From Centroscyllium fabricii (lineage: Eukaryota): a DNA stretch of 64,000 nt. Numbering within the stretch: the first letter of the stretch is position 1; each line of letters starts with the position of its first letter. Of this stretch, positions 52,501 through 62,750 are shown piece by piece. The notes beneath the pieces were generated by a model. It was not told the origin of the DNA. It did no database searches and saw only the letters and a program-made list of their open reading frames with translations. The stretch is from NCBI GenBank assembly GCA_051313645.2, contig JBNRSN020000004.1, forward strand, positions 300,948,001 to 301,012,000, read 5' to 3'. A program made the translations under genes and the position numbers.

Positions 52501-54088
52501 TGCCATAGTAACGCTCTGAAGGTGGCACTGGAAGTCCAGTCCCAGGAGTAGGGGGGCGCAGAGCTGCGGCAGCACGTAAAAACTAAAATCATTAAACATT
52601 GCGCCCTGTACTTTAAGCGTTACAATACAGCGCCCGGTGACGTCAGCGGATTCTGACTTGGACGCCATAGATATTCTCTGGCGCGCAGGGATTACTTTAA
52701 GGGAGAGGCGCTTTACGGTATTTTGGTGAACAAAACTTACTGTGCTCCCACTGTCGAACAGGCACACCACCTCTTCACCGTTGACTTCCACCGGCATCAT
52801 CGATTTCTCCAGTGGTTGAATCTTCCTCTGGTCTAGGCTCATAGATGCTAGCACAGGGTCCTCCGAGTTATCTTGATCCGGAGAGTAGTCCTCCAAGTCT
52901 GCTCCCCAAGATGGCTGCCGCCATGTGTTGGGCTGTGGAGGCTGGGTCCAAGATGGCCGCTGTTGCTGCGGCTGCCACGAGGGCTGCTGAGTGGGGGATG
53001 GGTGAGCCCAATATGGCTGCTCCCCTGTTCCACACGCAGCGCTGCCCAGTTTAGATTTAAAGCTAGTGTTTTTACAGACCTTTGAATAATGTCCCTTTTT
53101 GTCGCATTTTGAGCAGGTCGCTTCTCTAGCTGGGCAGCTGCGTCTTGAGTGTTGAGGTTGTCCACAAAAGTAACATTTAGCTTTAGCGTGGGCAGCTGTG
53201 AGTAGTTCTTCTGCCGGTCGTTGCGCCAGCGCTGTCCAAGTTTGCGGGGCTGGGCCCGCATAATTACTTGAATATGATGATAAGTCCGTTGAAGCGCTAT
53301 CCAGCGCGTGCCCCAAGTCTGTGGTCGCCTGTAAGTCCTGGCCGTTCTGCTCCAGCAGTCTCTGCCTGGCATAGTCCGATTTTAGACCAGTTACATAGGC
53401 GTCCCTGATGAGGCTCTCCATATGAACTTGAGCCGTTTGCGCTCTGCAGTCACAGTCCCGTGCCAGCGTTCTGAGGGCTCTTAGGAACTGCACACTCGAT
53501 TCATTATTTTGTTGCTTTCTGGTAGCAAGTATATGTCTCGCGTGGACTATGTTCGGTGCCCGCTTATATTCCGCCTCGAGGAGCCTGATGGCCTCTTGGA
53601 ACGATGGGGCGTCCAGTGTCATCGAGTACACTTGAGGGCCCACCCGGGCGTTGAAGAGTCGCCGTTTTTGCTCCTCGGTCACTATGACCGCCGCGTTGGC
53701 TCTGATGTACCCTTCGAGCACGTTTCGCCAGTGCGAGAAGGCGTTTGCTGCTCCTGAAGATCGGGGATCAACTTCGAACACTGCTGGTTTAAGCATTGTG
53801 GTATCCATTTTCAGTAGTCAATAAAATTGTAACCTTCAATTACGTCCACGGAGTCGTGTAGTAGATTAGAACAATCAGGCTTTTATTGACTACAGTAAGA
53901 TTGCACACCAGCAAGCTGACTGTCCCCTAGAATGACATGGGGGATGGGGGCAGTCACTTATATACCTCCTCCAGCGGGGGAGGAGTCGTGGGCGGAGCCA
54001 GGTATGTTCCAGGTATCACAGTGGAATGCATTACAGGTATGGGTTACATGGTGATTAGCTATATACAGTGATATACATGTTTATCACA
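49505..54088 (-). mobile_element. Young Mag-like Gypsy element; 261-bp LTRs (49505-49765, 53828-54088); 5-bp TSD CAGTC
   Basis: LTRs differ at about 3 positions; empty site visible in Tx1 copy 2 (gagcagtcctgtcc, about 61323); PPT AAGAAGGGGTGAA. Confidence 0.95.
49864..53808 (-). CDS. Single gag-pol ORF (two CCHC knuckles, PR, RT, RNase H, IN) with two in-frame stops at 50464 and 50098
   Basis: The 1114-aa ORF continues in the same frame through ORFs 50098-50376 and 49864-50088; LFDSGS, YLDN, ESDAS, HSDRG. Confidence 0.92.
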
Positions 54089-56458
54089 CAGTCCTGTCCA
54101 GCGCCCCAGGCGAGCGGTGACTTTGGCCTCCAGCTCTTGCCAGTTCGCCGGCCAGGCTTCCTCGGCTGGGCTGAGGTAGACTCCCAAGTAGAGGAGGTGC
54201 GTGGTGCTCCAGGCGAATGGCCTGAACTCCTCCGGCAGGGAGTCCACCCGCCACTGACCCACCAGGAGTCCGGAACATTTCTCCCAGTTGATCCTGGCGG
54301 AGGATGCGTCCGAGTAAATCTGCTGGCATTCCCGCATCCTCCGCAGGTCAGCGGGATCCGTGACCATGAGGAGCACGTCATCGGCGTAAGCCGAGAGGAC
54401 GACCTCCACGCCCGGCCCTTGCAGAGCCAGTCCCGTCAACCTCTTCCGCAAGAGGCGCAGGAAAGGCTCCACGCAAACGGCATATAACTGACCGGACATG
54501 GGGCATCCCTGACGCACCCCCCTCCCAAAGCGAAGGGGCGCCATCAAAGACCCGTTAACTTTTATCAGACACTCTGCGGCAGCATACAAAAGTCGGATCC
54601 GGGCGACGAAATGCGTCCCGAACCCGAATGCGCGCAGAGTCCCGAAAAGGTACTCGTGATCCACCCTGTCGATCACCTTCTCCTGATCCAGGGAAAGGAA
54701 GGCGACCGACATACCAGCCCTCTGGGAATGGTGGAGCAGGTCCCGGACCAGATGGACGTTGTCGTGGATCGACCGGCCCGGGACCGTGTAGGACTGGTCG
54801 GGGTGGATCATGTGGGCCAGCACGGTGCCAAGGCGGACAGACATGGCCCTGGCAAAAATTTTGTAATCCGTGCTGAGGAGGGAGACCGGGCGCCAGTTTT
54901 TAAGGAGGTGGAGATCGCCCTTCTTTGGCAGCAGGACAATGACGGCCCTGCGCCAAGAGAGGGGCATCTCCCCGGTCGCCAGACTTTCCCCCAGGACCCG
55001 CTGGTAGTCGCCCCCCAAGACGTCCCAGAACGCCCTGTGGAACTCCACGGTCAGCCCGTCCAGCCCCGGGGACTTTCCCCTCGAGAGCTGGCCGAGGGCG
55101 CCGGTCAGCTCCGCCAGACTTAGCGGAGCGTCCAATTGTTCGGCGCCCTCCGGACTGACCTTCGGCAGGTCCTCCCACAAAATTCTACACGCATCCTCGC
55201 TGGACGGATCCGGAGAGAACAGAGCCCCGTAAAAGGACCGGGTCTCCGCGCTGATCCCCTCCGGATCCGAGACCAGAGATCCGTTGTCGGCCAGCAGCGC
55301 CAAAAGATGCTTACGGACCCCTCGCCTTTTTTCCAGCGAGTAGAAGAAGGGGGAGCCGCGGTCCAGATCCCGCAGGAACTGGATGCGCGACCTCACGAAC
55401 GCGCCTCGGGACCCGACGAGCTGCAGGTCCTTCAGCGTGCCCTTCTTTTCTTCGAACCCTGTCCGCAGGGCCGGGTCCCCGATGGCCTGACCGAGGCGGG
55501 ACTCCAGGTCGAGCACTTCCTTCTCCAATCGCCCGACCTGAGCCTTCCGCCCCTTGGTCGACCCCCTTGCGTACTCCTGACAGAAGAGACGGACGTGAGC
55601 CTTGCCCACGTCCCACCATAGCCTCAAGGAGGGGAAGCCCCCCTGCTTCCTTCTCCAGTCGGCCCAGAACCGACGGAACGAATCCCGGAATCGCGCGTCC
55701 TCCAGCAGCAGGTTGTTAAAATGCCAGTACGCGGATCCCCTCCGCGCGCGCAACGGAGCGAGCTCCGTCCACACCAGGTGGTGGTCCGTGCACGGCACCG
55801 GCCGCATGGAAGCCGCCCGAACGCAGGAGACGTACGCCCGAGAAATGTAGAGGCGGTCGATTCGGGAGCCTCCTCCTCCAGGCCTCACGTGAGTGAAGGC
55901 GCTCGAGTCGGGATGGAGATTCCGCCAGACGTCCACCAAGTCGAAGGACCCGACCAGGTTCCTCAACTTCTCTATCGCCGCCGGGCTGCGCGGGCGACCC
56001 GCACGGTCCCTCGCCTCGAGGGTACAATTGAAATCTCCCCCGAGGATGATGCACTCGTCGACGTCGACAGAGCCCAGAAGAGCGGACACTTCTTCAAAGA
56101 AGCGCACTTGCGCACCGATCTGAGGGGCGTACACGTTCACAAGATGGAGTGGCACGCCCCCGTGACGAACAGTGACCTGGAGCAAGCGGCCCGGCATGTG
56201 CTCCTTGACCCTCAAGATCTCCGGCTGAAAATGTGGGGCCAGCAAGATAGCCACCCCGCTGGAAATGTTGGAGAGGTGACTCATGTTGACCCCTCCTTGC
56301 CACTCCAGGAGCCACGTGGCGTCGTCTCCCGGAACGGTGTGGGTTTCTTGCAGGAAGCACACCGCATACTTCCCGTCCCGGAGGACCGATAAATTGTTAA
56401 ATCTACGGCGTGCCTCCCTGCTGCCGTTGATGTTGAGGCTCGCTATGGTTATCTTCAT
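54089..56458 (-). CDS. Tx1 ORF2 N-terminal part (APE endonuclease plus RT)
   Basis: SLNING, FLQETH, GGDFN, SRIDR, TDH, NWRPVSLL, GVRQGCP, YADD; open frame. Confidence 0.92.
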
Positions 56459-56483
56459 GTCAGCAGCACAGTGCTACCTACAC

Positions 56484-58652
56484 CTAACGGGGGGAAAGAG
56501 CGCAGTCCGTGGACAGACGCCACTCCTTCCGCAGCCCAGTGAGGAACTTCTTGAGCTGGCGCAGCTCGGGCTTTTTAACGCCCTTGTCCGCGGCCATGGC
56601 TTTAATGGCGGCGCGGACGGACAAAATGAGCGGCGCCAGCTCCAACCACCTGTCGAGGGCCAGACGGACCAGATTGTGGCGACCGAGGCGCGCGGCCTCA
56701 AAGTCCCGGAGCTCCGCCACGGGGATGAGGGGAGACTCGGCGATGGGCACGAGGTCGTCCATCGCCTCGTCGGCGACGGACTCCAGATCATCGTCCGCGC
56801 CCAGCTCTGAGTCCCCGTCCTCCTCCGGGAGGCCGCCACCGGCGGCCGATCCGCCAGCCGCGCAGGACGCGACTAACGGCTCGGCCACACCATCCGACCC
56901 TACCTCGGTCCCGATCCCACCCCCAGGATCGGTGGCAGAGGAGTCCTCCCTGGGCTCCACCAGGGGTGCCGGGCCAGAGGGAGGCGGCAGTTCGGGGCTC
57001 CCGTCCACCTCAGGCGCCGTAACGTACGGAGAGACGGGGAAGATGTCAAATACCATCTCCTCCAGTACGTCCGACGCCGATGTTAAGGGCGGAGTGAAGG
57101 AGCCGTCACCTTCCCCGCCACCAGCCACTGACCCAGCTTGTGGGGTATCCTGGTTAAAAACCTCGACCAGGTCGAACAGTCCCAGGGTACAATCGGGTTC
57201 ACTAGGGGCGAGGTCTATCTCTTCGACCTCGCCCACCCTTGACCCCAGGACGCCCGACCCGTCGAGGTCAGATTGTTCCCCTTGAGGGTTTTGGGGTTCT
57301 GGAGGTTGTTCCACGTCCCCCCCCACAGGCAGGGCCACATCCCCATCCCCGGGAGGTGTAAGGTCGCACGCCCCTTACAGAGGCACGGGCGGGACAGACT
57401 CAACCGCCCCACTCTCCTGCAAGACAGGCGACCCCCGCCCGTCATGAACGACGATGGCGATTTTGGGAGGGGGCGCGGCGCACGACGACTCCGCTCCCTC
57501 AGAGGGACCGTCCTCTTGATCACGGCCCCCCTCCTCACCCTGGGAGTCGGAGTCGTGCCTCCGTTTTATCCTGAGGGGACCCTGAGGGGGGGTGACCTCC
57601 ATATCATCCAAGGCCACCCCCTCCTCCGTTCCCCCCAGCTGAATGGGTGTTTCGGGCCCCTTGGATCCGAGCCCGGCCGCAGGTATTAACTTTTCTGTTG
57701 TGGCAGTGGCGGCCGCAGGCTCAGACTCGGGGCCCTCCCCGCTCCCACGTGGACCCACCAGACCCTGGATGTACTCTGGCATTGGGTCTGGCAGGTCCAG
57801 CAGTTGTGTGTCCCCTACGAGGGGACCCACCTTGCGGTTTTTGTTTTTATTTTTATTCCGCGCCTTCTTTCCGACCGGACGCGTTTCCTCCCACCCGCCG
57901 GAGGCCGTGATATCATTGGCCTCCGACGACACCCGCGCACCCGACACGCAAGACGCGCGGACAGACTCTGAGGGAGGAGCGGCGGCGGCGCCAGCTTCGG
58001 CCGCACTATTTGTTTTGGCGGCCTTGGAGGCGGGGCAGTTCCTCCTGATATGCCCCACCTCCTTACAGGCATGGCACCGCACGCCGTCCGTCGTCCAGAA
58101 GACGCGGTAGGCGGTCCCCTTGTACAGCACGGGGAATGCGCCGTCGGTGTCCTCCTCCCGCGCCAGCTGCATAAACAGCTGACGCCGGAAGGAGAAGACG
58201 TGGCGAAGGCTGGCCTCCCGGAACCCGAGCGGGATGGGCGTTATCTCCGACCTCACCTCCCCAAGTTGGCGTAGGTGGGGGAGGAGGAGCTCACCGGGAA
58301 TATAGGGTGGGATGTTGGAAAGTACGACCCTCTGCCCGGCGGCCTCTAGAGGGTCCACCGGCAGGAAGGTGCCACCCACGGTGAGCCCCTGTTCGACGGC
58401 CAGGGCCGCCGCCCGCTCGGAGTTCAAGAAGAACACAGCCTTCCCGTACATTTTAGAGGCCGCGACGATGGCTGAGGGGCCGACAACCCCAGCCATGGCC
58501 TTCACGCATGCCTCTATTGTCATGGTTGGGTGAGCGTAGCTCTTCACCCCCAGTTTCCTGGTTAGCAACCGGAATGGTGATGGGGCATCAGGGGCAGCCG
58601 TGGTCTTGGCAGTGGATGCCACGGCTGCGTAGGATTTTGATGTCCCCGCCAC
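56484..58652 (-). CDS. Tx1 ORF1 (RRM-like plus CCHC knuckle, long low-complexity tail), one in-frame stop at 57375
   Basis: KSYAAVA, ASKMYGKAVFFL, VVLSNIPPYI, CHACKEVGHIRRNC; ORFs 57375-58652 and 56484-57338 share a frame. Confidence 0.85.
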
Positions 58653-59654
58653 CGGCGAAGATATTGTCGCCCTGCTACCAGAGGGGGGGTTTTGGAGCCA
58701 CGCTCACCCCAAGTCACAGGCCTAAAGATGGTGAATGGCCTCAGGTAGGTTTTTGTCTTTTCCTCTTGAGCAGAGGGGGTGATTAGATAAAGACACACCC
58801 CTCCTCTTGATGACAGATGGGGGAGGGGCCTTCTCCCCTCTGCTCAATTGGCAATGAAAATGAAAGATGAAAAATGGTTAATGAGGTGCCTCTAGGGAGA
58901 GAGGCAGAGAAGGCAAAGAGAGAGAGAGAGGGGTGGTGGGAAGGAGGGAGACCACAAGGGTAGGGTCACCACTCAGGATGGATGGGTGGGTGGGTGTTGA
59001 CAGGCGGGGGTGCACTCTCTGATGGAAAAATACAAAGTCTGTTGATGTTGATGGTGGTCTTCTGGTGGGGGGAGAAGATGTCTTCACCTGGGATAGCTGG
59101 AGATGCCCAGGCTCAGTCCTCACCAGGTCTTTAACGATGTTTAATTGGTTGATGACTTCGCCTAGGCAGCTCCAGCCGTCCCAGGTCAGGCAATAGAAGG
59201 GGTGTTTTTAGTGGTGTGTGTGGCCTAGTTTTAACAAAAGCCACACACACAGACACACACCCCTTGATGGTCCGGCCTTCTGGTCTTCTTTTCTCCCCCC
59301 CACCTACAAATACAAAGTCTTTGGGAGAGTGCACCCAAAAACAACACCCACCTTCAGATGGTTATTCTCCCTCCTTCCGAAAAGTTGGTGGTGATGATTT
59401 TCTTCACCCCTCTCTTCCTCTCCCGAAATGGAGGCCAATCTGGGAGGCAGTGATGGGAAGGCCTCCCTGATGTTTTCTTGATGGATTCTTGGCCTCTCTT
59501 TCCTCTCCTCTGTCCTCTCTCCAGAAGCACCTCTGCAGCAGATGTTGTGGATGGTTGACTGATGGTGATGGTCACCCTACTGCTCTACTGCTCAAAAGAA
59601 ACAAACAAACAACACAACACCACAAAGAAGCACTCACAGCAGTAGAGTGGCCAG

Positions 59655-59731
59655 GAGTTCAAGACTAAGCACTGAGTGCTAGAGAGACAGGGTTTAAGTA
59701 CTCTAGACAACAAGTCCCCGAATGAGGTTCA
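59655..59731. repeat. 77-bp exact duplicate of sushi LTR segment 47831-47907
   Basis: gagttcaagactaagcactgagtgctagagagacagggtttaagtactctagacaacaagtccccgaatgaggttca is identical at both sites. Confidence 0.95.
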
Positions 59732-61872
59732 CTCTTTTGGTTGGTACTTGAACGGTTTATCTGTAAATTAGCAAAAGTTTAACTGAATCTTAACAAATTA
59801 AATTAAAATTTGGTTGGCCGGGGTGACGATGCACTCCAGTCCCCGCGGCGCCCACCGGTCGCGAAAAGCCTCAAGCGTACCGGCGGACACCGCGTGCTCC
59901 ATCTCCAGGGCCACCCGGGCGCGAACGTGGCCGCGAAAGAGAGGCAGTCAATCCGGCTGGACGACCCCCTCGACGGCCCGCTGCCTGGAACAATAAATGG
60001 ATCTTTTGGCAAGTCCCAGGAGCAGACCGACGAGGAGATCCTCCAACCTGCCCGCTCCCCTCCGCACCGGATGGCCGTAGATCAGGAGCGTGGGACTGAA
60101 GTGCAACCAAAACATGAGGAGCAGCCCCTTCAAATATTGATAGAGGGGCTGCAACCTCCCACATTCATAATAAACATGGAACACGGACTCCTCCAGGCCG
60201 CAGAAATGACAGGTGGCCTGGGAGTCCGTGAACCTACTTAAAACTTTGTTGCACGGGGCTACTCCATGCAACACCCTCCAGGCCAAGTCCCCAATAGAAC
60301 ACGGGAAGACTCCCGCGTAGAGAGCCCCCCCATTGGGGACCTCCACCTCCGCCGGATGGCAAAATGGCACGCCAGGGCGTGACCGGACGGCAGGCGAAGA
60401 TGACAAAGTGGAGAGTGTGCAGGAGCAGCCCGTACAGGAAACGCCTCCGTGCGGTGTCAAAAGGCACGGAGGGCATTTCACTGAGATGGCTCAAGTTGTG
60501 AGGCGCCGGTTCCCGAGAGGGGTTTCGGGGCCGGGCGCCGATGAGGAATTCCGTCCGAACGGGGGTCAGCTCGGACGGGAGCACCCCACTTCTTTGAGCC
60601 GCCTCAATTCTCATGGTGTAGCCAAGGCCCAACGCCACTTTCAGCGACTCGATGGCTTTGACCGCGAGCCAGACGTCACCATGACCCAGGCACTGCGCCA
60701 GTTCCGCTGGCGCCATCCAGCCCGCTCCTCCGCCATCGAGCAGGTCCCTGACTATAGTCACCTTGCCAGGCACAGCTCTGTTCTCCGCCAGCCACCCGAA
60801 CCCTCGGTCGTGGAGGTGCGGATTCCTGAGCAGCAGCTCTCGCAGAAGAGCCGCCACTCCTGACGGGAGAGAGGTGCGCCTGGAGGCGACGCTGTTCCAA
60901 ACCCAGAGCAGTTCCTGGTAAAAGACAGGCAGCTCCCGAAGGCTGGCACGTGTACCACCCACTTTGACAAACAGGAGCTGCGTGTCGTAGTTCAGGCCGT
61001 GCAGCTGGCGGAAGAAATACGTCGCCAGCGCACACCATCTAGGAGAATCCTCGACGTACAGGTATCTCTGCAGCGTCTGAAGACGGAAAGTCGCCGCCTG
61101 GGTGCGGAGGCACACCAGCGCCTGACCGCCCTCCCTAAGCGGGAGACAAAGAACTGCGGCAGAGACCCAGTGCTTCCTTTTGTCCCAGAAGAAGTCGATG
61201 AGCTTCTTCTGTATCCTGGCGACAAACGCAGGGGGAGGGATCAAAGTGACCAACCGGTACCACAACATGTCGGCCACCAGCTGGTTTATGACTAGCGCTC
61301 GACCCCTGTAGGACAACACTCAGAGCAGTCCTGTCCAGCGCCCTAGCCGAGCGGTGACTTTGTCCTCCAGCTCTTGCCAGTTCGCCGGCCAGGCTTCCTC
61401 GGCTGGGCTAAGGTAGACTCCCAAGTAGAGGAGGTGCGTTGTGCTCCAGGCGAAAGGCCTGAACTCCTCCGGCAGGGGGTCCACCCGCCACTGACCCACC
61501 AGGAGTCCGGAATATTTCTCCCAGTTGATCCTGGCGGAGGATGCGTCCGAGTAAATCTGCTGGCATTCCCGCATCCTCCGCAGGTCAGCGGGATCCGTGA
61601 CCATGAGGAGCACATCATCGGCGTAAGCCGAGAGGACGACCTCCACGCCCGGCCCTTGCAGAGCCAGTCCCGTCAACCTCTTCCGCAAGAGGCGCAGGAA
61701 AGGCTCCACGCAAATGGCATATAACTGACCGGACATGGGGCATCCCTGACGCACCCCCTCCCAAAGCGAAGGGGCGCCGTCAAAGACCCGTTAACTTTTA
61801 TCAGACACTCCGCGGCAGCGTACAAAATTCGGATCCGGGCGACGAAATGCGTCCCGAACCCGAATGCGCGCA
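59732..61872 (-). mobile_element. Tx1 copy 2 (3' part of ORF2), interrupted at 61873 by an LTR element
   Basis: High similarity to copy 1 ORF2 with small frameshifts; divergent 3' UTR. Confidence 0.92.
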
Positions 61873-62679
61873 TGTAACACAGTGTTTGGAGCAGTGCAGC
61901 AGGTGGGCTTTAGGACCCAACGGCATTTGTCCACCCCACTCGGCAACAATGTTGCAAACCTGGGGACATGGAGTGTTTGGCTGGAAGCTCCCAGCTGTTC
62001 AAATTCACGCGTATAGGTGCCAGTTGACAGTTGGTGGTTGGAATCTAAAAGAAAGAAGATCTCAGAGCCGAGGTGGTAGCTTCGCCCTCACTGCCATAGA
62101 TTTGATTGATAAAGAGCAGATCGCCACCGGGAAGAGGAGTGACACCGAAGAGTGAGCCACACCCGAGGTGGAGCAGATAAACGAAGAGAGAGAGAGAGAG
62201 AGAGACTTTTCTTTTCAGGCTCTTGATGCCCTCAGAATTGGTGCTTGACTGTTGAGGCGTCGAACCCCAGAGATAGAAAGGGAGGTGTGAGTACCGTGGG
62301 ACTGGGAGGGAATAGGGTCACTTGTTCAGTACCCCTTGCCAGTGGTTTCCAGGTATTTTTACCATGGCCATTGCCGTAAAGACTGTTTTGTCTAAGTCGC
62401 TATTCATAGCTCCTTAAAGGGAAATGTGTTTATCATTTTGTTAATACTGTAAATAGTTATCAAATCATCTCAACCTGTTGTAAATGTGAGTTATTTATCA
62501 CCAATTGTTTGATAAACTCTACAACCCTTTTCCCTACCTTGCTAAACTTGATTGATTACAGTACTGTTACATTTACCTATGGTGTTGTGTATTTCTTTCT
62601 GGGAAGGCAGCATTGAGTTAGACTTACTGGCGTAGACCACGATCTATTGCAAAATTCATTGAACCACGTAGGGGTTACA
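61873..62679 (+). repeat. 5' LTR of a Gypsy element with PNMA-like gag
   Basis: TGTAAC...GTTACA termini followed by tRNA-Pro-like PBS TGGGGGCTCGTTCCGGGAT (62683-62701). Confidence 0.85.
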
Positions 62680-62750
62680 TTTTGGGGGCTCGTTCCGGGA
62701 TATCGAGTGGTCTTTTGCCGGTGGGTCGGTCGTGTTGCCTGCTCAGAAAG

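Larger units (their letters stand above)
47908..59654 (-). mobile_element. Full-length Tx1-clade non-LTR retrotransposon (copy 1) inserted in the sushi LTR, carrying a nested Gypsy
   Basis: About 1-kb 5' UTR, ORF1 with CCHC, ORF2 APE-RT-zinc finger, short AT-rich 3' UTR. Confidence 0.92.

Noticed and set aside
47908-61872. Simple tandem segmental duplication or assembly artefact as the explanation for two Tx1 copies
   Set aside because: The 3' UTRs differ substantially and ORF2 has scattered substitutions, while the 77-bp spacer is identical; disfavoured but not formally excluded
54055-61873. Many overlapping alternative-frame and antisense ORFs
   Set aside because: Expected by-product of GC-rich Tx1 coding sequence; no independent motifs
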